DNA of 64,000 nt from Octopus vulgaris (GCA_951406725.2 OX597821.1:45818001-45882000); one strand, 5' to 3'. Shown: positions 50,559 through 63,365, counted from the stretch's first letter. A program made the numbers and translations. Notes: a model not told the origin generated them from the letters alone.

Positions 50559-53500
50559 TGTATGTATGTATGTATGTATGTATGTATGTTTGTATGTATG
50601 TGTGTATGTATGTATGTATGTATGTATGTATACTCTGAAGTGGCAGACTTGCATGATTGTTAGCACTTCGGACCAAAATGGTGAGCGGCATTTCTTCTGG
50701 TTTCATGTTCTGAGTCAAATTTCGCCGAGGTCGACTTTGCCATTCATCCTTTCGGGGTCTATAGAACAAGTACCAATTGAGCACTGGGGTCGATATAATC
50801 GACTAGCGTCCTTCCAAAAAAATTCGAGGTTTTGTGTCTATAGTAGAAAGGCTTATATATATGTATATCCTGTCTACCTTATTACAGTGAAATAATTTTT
50901 GTTCAAGTACGGCGTAAATTCTAACAATAAAAGAACGATCAAAATCTAGATTTATTAGGCTGAAAAAAAGTGTGTATCTTCAGTCGTTAGTGAGGAAAAT
51001 AAAGTAAAATGGCTATAAAATCAGAATCGGAAGGGTAGCAGATTCATCACAGAGAGAGAAAGAGAGAGCTTACCTATACGTCGTTATCACCTCGAAGGAA
51101 TGGATAACGGTGAACATGATTCTCTTAAATTATTTAATAAGACAAGCTGAATTCAGAAATAACAAACCACTGAATCAAAAGTGTTTTTTTGCACTGAATT
51201 TAGATTTCATGTTTAACATTCAATATAATCAACGTGTCGCTTTCATTTCAATATTCAGTAAATTTGCTGAATATAGTCCGTCATCAGTCTTAATCCCGAT
51301 TTCGAGCGTTGGAATCAACGTATGCACTATAAATAGTATATATGCAAGGCATTACCATTGTTTCCTAACTGAAGTTATTTTATTGTTACGCATACACACA
51401 ACTGCTGAAAAACATCAACATATAGTAGTCAATTCGATATTCAGGAGAAGAAAAAAAATCAACTAAACAATGGTATATACAGATTTCATAGTCAAATATA
51501 ACAAGCAAACTAAGCTAATTGGTATACATGAATGAATAGGTTCAGACTCCTGTACACGTGCACATGCGAACACACATACATAAGCGTGTGTACACATTAG
51601 CTGTGGCACAGGCACACTGTAACACAATCGTGCATGTGAATAAACCGCATACACACGCAATGTTTCCTAGGTAACGATGTGCGTGATAAATGTGGTCGTC
51701 GACAAGCGGGCGCTACAGTGACGACATTAAGCTAGCCATTGCTTCTATCTTCATTTCGACTACTACCGACTACTACAGCTGCTATTGCCACCACGACGAT
51801 GAACTCTGAAAACACCCGTCACCGTCTTTACAAACGCCATTTCTAATTTTAGTATTATTACTACTATGTCGACTTTGCTTATGATGGTAATAGCAATGAG
51901 ATTCATTTCCTTTAAGCATATTTTTATGACTGTTGCTACTGCAACATTTGTATAAACTGCTAGTCCTTTACTGTAAAGCTTTTGCATCGTATTAGTCTCT
52001 TTCATGACGGATTTAAATTAAAACAAAGCTCTTTCATTTCAGCTAGTTTCGCTAATAAGTTTAGCGATGCTATGTGTTTTGTATTTTAAACATTTCTGTT
52101 GTTTATCGAATATTTCTGTCTCAAGGTTTTTTCAGTTATTATTTCAGTAACATCAAGTCTTTTCCTTTGTATTTCTCCCACTCTCTAGTTTTTTCTTCTC
52201 TCATATCTCAGCTTTTCTTCTCTTTCTGTATCTCCCTCTATCTATCTTTTTAATTTTATCCACATACTCAAATAGAGACGTACGCATATGACTATATACA
52301 TGTAGGCATACATGCATGCATGTTTACTTACGTACACTTATACATACATAAATACATGCATACATACGCACGCACGTACAAATACACCGGCATTGATATG
52401 CAGACACGTTAAACGCATAATACATATAGAGATGAGAGACGAACTATTTAACATGTTAAATTCTTTAAACCTTTTATGTTTCCCCTTCCTTTTTTCTCTT
52501 CTTTTATTCTCCGGCTTGCAATACGTACATCAGCCCTTAACTCACTTTCTCTTTCTTTGATGCTTTCTTTCTTTTCTTCTTCTTTCTTTGATTCTTTCTT
52601 GTTTTCTCTCTCTCTCTCGCTCAGACACACACACACACACACACACAAAACAACATCAGCAGTTATTTATTATGCATTCGTGTGTGCATGAGATAGACAG
52701 AGTGGAAGAAAGTATGTGTGTCTGTGTCTGTGTCTATGCACAAATAATAATATATATACACGCAACACGTACGTGCGTGCGTGCGTGCGTGTGTGTGTGT
52801 GTGTGTGTGTATGTGTGTGTGTGTGTGTGTACATTTGTTTGTATGTGCGTGCGTGCGTGGTGTGTGTGTGTGTGTTGTGTTTGTAAGTATAAATAAATTC
52901 CAGCATTTATTAGCCGCTGACAGATTTCTCCCTTTAAGTAAAGGAAGTATAATTTATTTATCGAATATACTTTCATTTTTAATGTGCCAAAGTTTTACCA
53001 TTTCTAAATGCATATTTGAAATTTATTAACATTAGAATTATTAAAAAAATATCTTCAATGTATGTTTTTTTTTACACTGAATCTCATAGGTCAGATTTTG
53101 TATACAGCATGCACTTAAAATACCATGAGTTCGCATGTTGTTTTCCACCTATATTCTTTGCGCATGCGTTGTGATAAGAAATTATCGTACTTAAAATGGT
53201 GTCCTTCAACGATATCATACGGGACCTGCTCCTTTTTAACGTATTAAATTCGTTATGTATACATGTTATGTTGAGCACTTTTGTTTTTTCTTGTCAGTTT
53301 TCTTTTTTCGTTTCTTTTTTATCATCTTCGCATTAATTTTAAGGACTGGCACTCCTAGTAATGCAGATGACAACAAGCATCATATTAGACTAACATAGAC
53401 ACTATCTCTATCTCAGTCTGCCACCTGTTGTTAGAAAATGAATAATTCTTCTGTATTCACTTTCTCCAGCAACTCTTTCTCATACTTACTACGCTCCACT

Positions 53501-53716
53501 CACAGTTAATGATATTTTTTTCATTTTCTTCTTTTGGACAGCAACTTTGCAACTCAATTCTCGTCTTCGCGAAGCAAGCGCTTGACAACGGTCGCACTAT
53601 GTGGTATTATTTACATAAGCTGAGACAGGCATATAACCTAATGCATACACGCATACTTACGTATGCACGCGCACACACGCATACACTCACGCGCGCACAT
53701 ATATAATGTATCTATA

Positions 53717-53793
<77 letters not shown>

Positions 53794-54928
53794 ACACCAC
53801 AGACAGATGACACGATTAGCCATTAAAAAATATACGCATGTATTTAAGGCACCAAATGTTGGAGCATCATGTGTTTTTTTTTTCTTTTCGTGTACAATTA
53901 CCGTTGAGTAAGTGGTAAATTATAAGTTTTGTTAATGAATAAAAAAAGGTCAGGGGGAATTAACGTCTTTGCTGTTGCTCTGGTAATGGATAAATAATAT
54001 GCTTACAATCATTATTTCTGTTAATTGCTAAAAATGAAATAAAATAAAATTAGTAACTATGTTAAAGTTGTGAGGTCTAGCCTAAAAGAAAACTGAATCT
54101 ATATTTCACATTCAGCACTTAATATGTCTTAATGGCCTGTCAGTTAGACAATAGAAGAGTTGAGGTGGGGGCACCATTGTTGGACTGTGCTTAAGGCATC
54201 AGTTGGCCTTAATCCGGCCCTGTAAATAGATCTGTGCGTACATATACATATATATGTAGGTACGTATGCGCTGACGTATGCGCTGACGTATGCGCACCAT
54301 ATAAAATTTGTTACTTAGACCTAGGTCTGTTCTGATTAAGCATACTAATGTGCAAAAGTGTTTCAACAGTGACCATTTTGTATCTCGTAGACCTAGAGCT
54401 TCTTATCTTATGTGACTATTTTCTTTTAAGACGATTGAGTGCAATCTGAGAGAAGTTGGCCGCTATTTCTGGCGTCAAGAGTGATCACGTAGAAGCCAAC
54501 GGTTTAGATCGAATCACGCGGATACTTTCCCATCTCAAATATAATAAGCATATACGGCAGATATACCGACATACATACGGACATACATACATTGGAGTTT
54601 CTGGGAATGAATTTATAACACACCCTCACATATATGCATACGGTATACTCATTAATCCCAGGATATATCTTGATTCAAACAAAGAATCCATTCAACGTTG
54701 TTAGAGACCAATTTGAATTCTACGTGTCATTTTAATATAATCCTAGAGAAAACTTTGCGCGCGCGCGCGCAACACAATAAACACACGCAGACATCCTCAC
54801 CGCCACCACCAACATATACAGAAATCCTCATACATGCATGCAAACGTACAATACTCTCACACACATGCATATTTGAGCGTTTGTGCACTAAATATTTATA
54901 ATACATCTGTGTTTGTGTAGAAACATTA

Positions 54929-54972
<44 letters not shown>

Positions 54973-55122
54973 CGTTTTGGGATTTGGTTTGCAAGATTCT
55001 ATATATGAGTTCGTGTGTTGAAGCATATTCTATTGTGTCTGGGAAGAGTCATTTTCTTTTTGTGCCTTATAATGTAACACACTCACCTGTAAAATTTCTA
55101 CTTTTTTCATATTTGTATTTTC

Positions 55123-55159
55123 CTAAAATTTTCGTTGCGTCTTGTAACCTTCTCAATAG
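55123..55159 (-). ncRNA. Minimal hammerhead-like ribozyme, U3-A8 variant
   Basis: CTA-TTGAGAA-G-GTTAC-aagac-GCAAC-GAAA-AT-TT-TAG. Confidence 0.55.
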
Positions 55160-55177
55160 TTTTGACTCTTTTCAAAA

Positions 55178-55214
55178 CTATTGAAAAGGTTGCAAGACGC
55201 AACGAAAATTTTAG
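55178..55214 (+). ncRNA. Minimal hammerhead-like ribozyme, U3-A8 variant (intact fold)
   Basis: CTA-TTGAAAA-G-GTTGC-aagac-GCAAC-GAAA-AT-TT-TAG; palindromic AATT stem III. Confidence 0.6.
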
Positions 55215-55303
55215 GAAAATAAAATAAGAAAAGAGTGGAAATTTTACCGGTGAGTGTTAAATAATAAGGCACAAAAAGAAAATGACTCTCCCGAGACACG
55301 ATA

Positions 55304-55343
<40 letters not shown>

Positions 55344-55495
55344 CATGATATAAGTTAGAGGTTATGCAACCATCTAAGGGATAGATGTATCCGTAGGTAC
55401 TCCTGGTGTATTACCTCACTGTGTATAGTCCTAGCTACAAGGTATACGGTAGTAGGTAATTTAAAGGTAAAACCGTGGTTTAATATATATATATA

Positions 55496-55609
55496 GAAAA
55501 GAAAAGAAATGGAGCAATAATTAACAATGAGAAGTGGATCATTGGTGTTAAAAAGTTATTGACTTTTTAAAACCAATGATCCACTTCTCATTGCTCCATT
55601 TCTTTTCTT

Positions 55610-55612
<3 letters not shown>
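55496..55612. repeat. Near-perfect ~117-bp hairpin flanked by (TA)n
   Basis: GAAAAGAAAAGAAATGGAGCAAT[10-nt bulge]GAGAAGTGGATCATTGGTgTTAAAAAGT-loop-ACTTTTTAAAACCAATGATCCACTTCTCATTGCTCCATTTCTTTTCTTTTC. Confidence 0.93.
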
Positions 55613-55648
<36 letters not shown>

Positions 55649-55789
55649 TATGTGAGACAGGGATTCTGAAGTGCAATAGTAGAATTCAAATGCCGTGCAG
55701 ATATTTTTTATGTATTTTGATATTGAATTCTACAAAAAGTTAAGCTATTGATCTGTAATAATCTTTCATTCTTTCTTTCTTTCTTTCTA

Positions 55790-56950
55790 CCCACATGCCT
55801 TCACCTATGCATGTATGTATGTCTACTAATTTTAAAAATTATTATAAATCTTCCACGAAGAGGGCGCTGGTTTCCCGCAAAGATACAAGGCTCCGTCTTT
55901 GGGATGTAGTTAACACAGGCAAATTCACATTTGGAACTTGAGAAAAGTCTTGCATATTTTTACTGTTCCACTCACAGATTGCACTTGTAATGTACGAATT
56001 AGCCGGTCGATTTCTCTTCCTGAAAATCCCAATTTATCCAGATACTCCTTTAATCATTTACAAACAAACCCTAATGTTCCAATTATTATTGGTATGAATA
56101 TGAATTCATAGTCTGAATATAGAAGTAGTTGTCCATAGATATCCTCTTTTTCTTTGATTTTCCAAAGAAATATTTATATCTGCAGGGTAGCTTACCTCTA
56201 TGACGGTACATACCTTTGCCCCTCTGTCCCAAACAGCAATACCTGGCCTGTTATGTTTACATTTGACAAGAGTTGTGATGGGAATATTCCACCAATATTT
56301 CTTGAGTTGGTGATTGTGAATGTATTCCATAACAGAGGGATGTTCTAATTTTATTTCAGGACAGGCTTTTTTGCGGATAGCATTGTAAAGTGTTTTAGCG
56401 ACATCATCGTGCCTCATAGGGAGGTAGTACCGTGACGACATTTCAGGACAGCTGCTAATCACACGCTTGATGTCTTCCATAGAAACATGACATAGCCAAC
56501 GCATGTAGTTGCGCCTTGGGATTACAAGAGCGTAACTCTTGTTCACCAGTTACTTTGTGGCAATCTCCTGTTCCTGGATTGCAAACTCATAGCCTACAAA
56601 GTCTGATGTGATGTAGTGGTCTTGTGTCCAAGAGAGGCTGCACTTCATGCCACTTCTACTGCCTTCTTCAAGCTTCCGGGCAACATACCCATGCATTGTC
56701 TTTTTTGTATGTATGTATGTATGTATGTATGTATGTTTTTTTTTACCTTTATTTAAGGTCTTCAGAGCGTTCAAGCCGGCCCTTAGCAAAGCAACAAGAC
56801 TGATGCTTGTAAATAAGTAGTTGAATTGGTGTGTTGGTTGAAATGTCGATGCACACACCCAAGTCTGTGCATCTATTCACTTAAAGAATCTCAGATGGCT
56901 TCTTTGGAATTTCGTACGAATCTTCACTATACCACTAATAGATTGGATTT
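55790..56950 (-). mobile_element. R4/Dong-like LINE 3' part (CCHC knuckle plus RLE)
   Basis: KKTMHGYV...ITSDFVGYEFAIQEQEIATK; CHVSMEDIKRVISSCPEMSSRYYLPMRHDDVAKTLYN; YWWNIPI...KCKHNRPGIAVWDR.AKVCTVIEVSYPADINI. Confidence 0.88.
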
Positions 56951-57196
56951 GGAGAATCTGTATCATTTTTTTACTAGGCATGCATATGGTAAATATACTC
57001 TGTCGAGTCCAGTTCAACTAGTTGTAAATTGGAACCATAGATTAGCGTATTTCGCTACTATAAGAAGTAACACCTTTATACCGTACATATGTGTTTCTTT
57101 CCATTGTATTCTGAGTAAAACTCTTTCTATGAGCATGACTAGAAGAAAGTTGAAGGATACTACTGAACTCATATATACATATATATGTATGTATAT

Positions 57197-57247
<51 letters not shown>

Positions 57248-57679
57248 AGGGAGGGAGGGAGAGAGAGAGAGAGAAAGAAAGCAAAGTAATAGGAGGTGTA
57301 GTAAAAGCTTAATTAAAGCTACGAATACATAAACATGTTCTTTTATAGAAGACGCAACCATGCATGGCAACATCATTTCATCCTCAAAATGAGACTATGA
57401 AGGTTCAGAAACTTTGAAAATGCTTAAGAGATTGCAAGTGAAAATATTGAAAAATGAAATAGTTTTCATATTTTCGTACTAAAATATGAATAAAACTTGA
57501 TAAATTTGTTAAAATTAGAATATAGTTGTGTTTTCACTATTTATATAGTTGTGTTTTGACATATTACTCTCTGTGTAATGTAATACATGTTAATGTACAC
57601 GTGTTCTTATGTATGTATGTGTGAGCATGTGTGTAGGGAAGGGTGTACACAAATACTCACACACTTACACAGTCACATG

Positions 57680-58170
57680 TTAACTGGAAGTTGCAAGTAA
57701 ATTTGGAGGAGGCTCGAATGTTCCAAAACCATATTGCAATAACTAAGCAACACCCTGACATTATGGCTTGGTCCGAGTTGACAAAAATATCTTGGAATGA
57801 AAATACATGGTGCTCCCAAAGGAAATGGTCTAAAATATGAAAGTATGAAGTGCGAGCATGACTGTACGGTGCTTTCAGTCGACGTTGGATGATTTGGGTT
57901 TGTAGTTAGTTCTCTTGCATCGTAGCCGCCAATGGGAATTAAATAGGATAGAAAAGCAATGATTTCTGAACTGCTTTCTCGTGAATATGGGAGATATATT
58001 ATAGGAGAGGAAGCGAAGCTAAGACAAGAAAAAAAAAATCTTAGCAGGTAGTTAAAAAAGGGCAGCTGCATAGTTGAAGAGGTTACTGTTGTTGTCGGTT
58101 TGTTGCGGTTGCGAAGAACAATGCCAGAGACTTAGGAGAATCTAATAACTTCTGTTGGAGCACTCACATC
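57680..58170 (-). mobile_element. Possible decayed LINE ORF1 (gag-like) remnant
   Basis: More GC-balanced block with weak resemblance (DARELT..P...T....F...I..G....IPRYF.Q..P.HN) to I/Jockey-type ORF1. No intact zinc knuckle. Confidence 0.25.
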
Positions 58171-58434
58171 AACAATAGACTAGATATGATCCTCAGATGT
58201 TTCTGATTTAGAAAGTTTAGGAATCATAATTCATGGTCCTTCATATGTACGGTGACACCTAGCACACCGTTATTTTCTGTAGTTTCCTCAAACAAAATAA
58301 AATATTACGAGGATTGCGGCACGTAGAGAACATTTTCAAAATACATACACACATACATACATACATACATACATACATACATACATACATACATACATAC
58401 ATACATACATACATACATACATACATACATAATC

Positions 58435-59030
58435 AATGAAGACCTCAATAACATGTAAGAGCAACATTTACGATTTACGATTAAGAAGAGAAACTGTGCG
58501 CAGTTGTGGAAATTAGCTGTCCAGCTGATGTTAACATAAAGCTAAAGATCAACAAAAAGGAAAATACCTACGCTGAACTATTGAGAAATCTGCAGTTAGT
58601 CTATCCAGATTACAAGTTCAGGTTTATACCTGGGATATGTAACATACTACCTAAATACCGATCTTGCAAAATTAGGCTTCTCAAAACCAGAAAGGAGAAA
58701 ACTAATTCGAAGGCTACAGGTCCAATCCATTACTGGAACTGTAAACATCTGTAAAACTTTCCAGAAGTTTATCACTTATCAGTTTATCACTTTATCACTT
58801 TATCACATATATATGAGCATGTCTAGATATGTAACTATATGCATGAGAATACATACATAAAACATAAACATCTGCACATACATACATATATACATACAAA
58901 AATACCATGTTGTTGATGTTGGAATTCCAATGAAGGAACCTTAGATCTCGGTTAGGAACCGATTCTTTCTCTATTGGCAAGAAAACTTAAAATAAACTGA
59001 ATAATGACATACATAAATACGTTTATATAA
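58435..59030 (+). mobile_element. R4/Dong-like LINE 3' end with UTR
   Basis: EEKLCAVVEISCPADVNIKLKINKKENTYAELLRNLQLVYPDYKFRFIP; closely similar to the reverse complement of 16090-16430. Confidence 0.85.
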
Positions 59031-59425
59031 GTATATATGTAAAGGTAAGATCCAAGGATCTAGGTGTAGCAACATATTGAGCTTCAAGTAGTCCGTAGAA
59101 GATATAGAAAACAACTTTCAGGAGCAATAGTTGTTTATTGGCGGGGAAGGTTGTGATTTTTTCCTGTATGGAAAAGCTAAAAAAAAAAAAGAGGTTATTT
59201 TATAGTTCACGGTTAGTACTGCAAAGTAACACGGGAACTCCTAACAATAATGTAAACCTCATGCAATCATGGTATCCTTGGCCTGAAGAGTATCTTGCGG
59301 TCTATCCCTCGTTTGAATAATTACTACTTCCGAGGTTCCGTTGGCTATAAAACGTATGTAGCCTGAATTTTATCTAATCAATTCCCTAAGTTTTGGATAC
59401 ATACATACATACATACATACATACA

Positions 59426-59458
<33 letters not shown>

Positions 59459-59694
59459 GAGTGTTCAATTTATAGGAAAGGTCCAGGGGAATGATTATAA
59501 GGTAGCCAAATATTAAAATGCCTATTTGATGAGCACTGTTGTTTATATCCTCTGATAAGATTGATGCAATACTCAACATTATTCATCTTGTGGGATGTAT
59601 TTTGAATGGATCCATCAAAACATTTGTAGATGCTATGAAGATAGAAGTAATTTAATAACACCTTGAGAGTTTGTCTCCAGATTCAATTTTTCCC

Positions 59695-59727
<33 letters not shown>

Positions 59728-59728
<1 letters not shown>

Positions 59729-60242
59729 TGGACTTCTGCGGTTTTAGCTCCTGCATGTAATGGGGTTTCTACAGACGTAAATTCAATATGTATTGTGCGT
59801 ATTGTTAGTTCAATTTCACAAAGCTTATTGACGTGTTGATTTTTGCGGGCTGCGACTAAACATTTCCTGCATTGTTACCACGTCCTCCGTTCATCAGGAT
59901 GTGGTTGGACGGCAACATCTTGCATCGTTCACAAAGCCGGTGGTCATACGCTTTGCATGACAACTTTTTATTATCTCCGGACGTAGTGTTGCATGCTTAC
60001 CTTTCCATGCATGCCACCATCTCTGAAACAAAACGATGAAATTCCACGCTTCATAGCGTGCTACTATCTTAGCTCACCCCTGAACAGTGAATCGACCAGT
60101 CATCTGGAAAATAAGAAATAAGACAATATGAAAATAAGAAATCTTCATTAGTGTTGTCTGTTTAAAAATGTTGTTTTCATGACTTCATTGATACTAAAAA
60201 TTCTTCAAGCAATTTCTAATGACTAGTTATTTTCCACCCAGC

Positions 60243-60245
<3 letters not shown>
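59728..60245 (-). mobile_element. Tc1/mariner transposon 5' half (DUF4817-type HTH), dead
   Basis: TA|CAGGCTGGGTGG terminus. MTGRFTVQG*AKIVARYEAWNFIVLFQRWW...TIIK-like..TTGFVNDARCCRPTTS**TEDVVTMQEMFSRSPQKSTRQ matches TGSV.D..RSGRP......V...F.RSP.KSTR. Confidence 0.82.
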
Positions 60246-60308
<63 letters not shown>

Positions 60309-60314
60309 TAAATA

Positions 60315-60348
<34 letters not shown>

Positions 60349-60733
60349 TAACATCTATACGCATATATGTATGCATACATGGGCATAGGACGTCATGAAC
60401 GTGTACAACAAAAAAGTACGAAGCATGAGTGTATATGAGACAGGAACTATTCTTCCGAACAAGGAAAGACACAAATGGAAAACAAAACAAACCACATAAA
60501 AAACGAACCTTCATCAGTTGTTGGCAGTTTTTCTAATCTCGTATTTCGAGCATATATATATATATATAAAGTGGTAGTACATTGTCAACTTAATGTAACA
60601 GTCCCATGAAAGCGAAAAATGCTACAGCTATTTAGCCCTAGCAAGCACCGCTCCCTGTCGGCCTTGACACATTTCCTGTGTCCTTATGTTTACAAAGGGG
60701 GAGATAAGCACCTCCAACCAGCAAAGCCAGGAA

Positions 60734-60774
60734 CAAGAGACTAGTTTCTGAGTCATTGCTTGTCATCAGTCTGG
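60734..60774 (-). ncRNA. Minimal type-I hammerhead fold (canonical core)
   Basis: ccAGA-CTGATGA-caagcaatgactca-GAAA-CTAG-TC-TCTtg. Palindromic ACTAGT stem III, GUC site, weak stem II. Confidence 0.5.
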
Positions 60775-60876
60775 AGTAGCATGGCTTGCTAGCTGTCGAT
60801 GCCTATCTGCCCCTGTAAACATATAATAATTCAAGTGAAATACATTCACTGATTTCGAAAATAGAAATAATACATT

Positions 60877-60948
<72 letters not shown>

Positions 60949-61179
60949 TCTCTCTCTCTCTCTGTATATATATCACGTGATCGACCGACTATCGGATATT
61001 ATACATCGCTAGTTGGCTACAATGCACTTTGAATTATTTTAGTTTTCGCATGAGGTCACCGTGCTGGGTAGTCGAGTAGGTCAACAATCACCCTTACCGG
61101 AAGGCTACTCCGTCGCAGGATTGCCCATTTACAGCTGGATTGGAGCAACGTATTATCTCCATTGTGAGAGTTATATCAT

Positions 61180-61560
61180 TTGTCGAAAGTGGTGGGGAGC
61201 AGAATTATTGCCCATGTAATAATAGCATCAAGTATAAAAATCTCGAAATGCTGGAATCCGTGCAATATACCTGTAACACAAATCAAATTCACAACACATT
61301 GTCGAATAGTTATTTTGCTTCAATCGGCCTCGTTTTTAACATAGTTTCGATACAAATCAAGAAAGAAACCCGAAGACTTCAAACGGTACCGGGAAAAATT
61401 CCTCCAAAGGACTACGAGACAAACCATCAATATATAGACAACACATATATTCATAGATGCTGTTTTTGGCAACTGCAACTCCCTACAAGAATAAATTATG
61501 GTGTCACGAAGCACATTTCAAATACTTTACCAAGTGCCTCTAAAAGATTTGATTAAGTTA
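61180..61560 (+). pseudogene. Possible Penelope-like GIY-YIG remnant
   Basis: Frameshifted fragments LRDKPSIYRQHI...WQLQ...TFQIL.YQV resemble the PLE endonuclease C-terminus. Confidence 0.35.
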
Positions 61561-61644
61561 GGGCTCAATATAGATAAATCAAAATTTGTATGCGTGTGTA
61601 TTTATAAATCAAAATTTGTATTTGTGTGTGTATCTATCCATCTG

Positions 61645-61696
<52 letters not shown>

Positions 61697-61697
<1 letters not shown>

Positions 61698-62842
61698 ACT
61701 AGCATTAAAGACCCGTCGTTGCCGGGTCATAGTGCTAGTGCATGTATATATGTGTATATATATGTGTACATATTACATGTACATCTATATATATACATCT
61801 ACACATAAAATACAAAATACAAAGTTATATCTTGATATCGCTAGTGATAACAATACTCAAAATATATAACAGACTGGAATTGTTAGCCCGTCTCTTGTAA
61901 TTTCGATCAATTGTATCTTGTCCTCCCTCTTGTATAGAAGTGTGGCTACAATCCAGCCTACCTCTACTCCTAGGGGGGAGGGGCATTAAAATTTTTTTTC
62001 CGGGACGTCCTACGTCCCAGATATAAAGGTAAAAGTAAAATATTTCCCCTTTGCAAGTTCGAGTCGAGTACTCCCTTGCACGCTCCGTTGACTCGAACCT
62101 TGCTTCTATTGTGGCGAATTTACCGCCTCTGATTAGATACCTTTCATAGTCGCACCAATACACTTTTCGAAGGTGCTTTCCTCCATGTGTTCAAATCTTC
62201 TTTTTTCGCTACATTGTATACTTTATAGACAATAGTCTTTTCTTTAATTTAATTTTTTATTATCCATCTTGACTATTCCATTTCTTCACGCTAATTTTAT
62301 TTTTAATTTATTCCCATTCATGTGAAACCACTTATTCAAGTTCAAGTCATTGATGCAATTTTATACCAATTGTTAGTTTTACTTTTGTTATGTTACGATT
62401 ATATTATACTTTAGTTTGATTTTAATTATTACTTACTACATATAATTCAATTGTTATTATTATTTTTATTGTTAAAGTGAAAGTATCTGACATAAAATAG
62501 AGAAACGTTCTTGTTTCAGTTTTAACACGTAATACTGAAATAGTGGAGAAGATATGATATTGCAATGGGCTCGCTCTAGGCAAGAAGTTGAACATTAAGT
62601 TGAACTCTAATTAAGGCATGTGTAAAATTTGAATGGAATTGGTTGCGTAGTTCTCAAGTTTTAGGGAATCGTAGTGGAGAAGATATGATATTGCTGCGGG
62701 CTCGCCCTAGGCAAAAGTTCAAAATTAAGGTATGTGTAAAATTTGAATGAAATTGGTTGTGTAGTTCTCAAGTTTTAGGGAAACACACAGACAGACAGAC
62801 AGACAGACAGACACATATTCTCAGTTTTATATATATAAAGAT
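61697..62842. mobile_element. Helentron/DINE-1-like non-autonomous rolling-circle element
   Basis: One end is TACTAGC...GACCCG-tcgttgc-CGGGTC (hairpin). The other end is (CAGA)n...ttttatatatataaagat. Internal ~120-bp tandem duplication at 62541-62668 and 62672-62782. Confidence 0.7.
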
Positions 62843-63334
62843 ATATATATATGACGGGCTTCTTTCAGTTTCCGTCTACCAAGGTTTCATACAGTGGAAC
62901 TGAACTCGAAACCGTGTGGTTGCGAAGAAAACATCATACCACACAAGAGAAAGATACAGATAGATAGGTACCCATGTTTACTGATATCGAATGATAAGTT
63001 CTATTGTTAGCATGCAAGATTCATATAAAGTTTCTATCATGTATTGGTAATCATTGAACTTAAAATCGCGCTATTGTTTTTCGTTTATTTATCTCTTTAG
63101 TTGATTAATGTTTGAAAAATTTATGAATGAGTAGCTTCTTAGCAAAGATGTGAGTTAACTTTGTAGAGCAAAATGAACAGTGAAGCCTAACAGTTCGCAT
63201 AACATACTTAAACCATAACACACTTATGATGCACATGAGTGTATAAACACACAGACACAGTGACAAACACAGACACAGACACACACAGACACACACACAT
63301 GCACACACATACACACACACACACACACATAGAT

Positions 63335-63365
<31 letters not shown>

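Larger units (their letters stand above)
55030..55305. mobile_element. ~275-bp palindrome made of two head-to-head PLE pseudo-LTR ends
   Basis: Arms are near-perfect reverse complements around a 6-nt loop at ~55166-55171. Homologous to 2540-2710. Confidence 0.85.

Noticed and set aside
58920-58970. CCAAnGA..GGAR-CCTT...GRAACC motif in R4-like 3' UTRs (also 55865-55905, minus strand) resembling a hammerhead
   Set aside because: U4 and G5 of the core are both absent and the helices are not in register. It is better treated as a conserved UTR motif of unknown role.
59050-59695. Possible Penelope RT C-terminal remnant (LNYF..HS, RGY)
   Set aside because: Only two short motifs, too degraded to support a call.
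60001-60103. Two apparent minus-strand micro-exons (22 and 26 nt) with good splice signals
   Set aside because: They lie within a contiguous decayed Tc1/mariner transposase reading frame, which explains the sequence without splicing.
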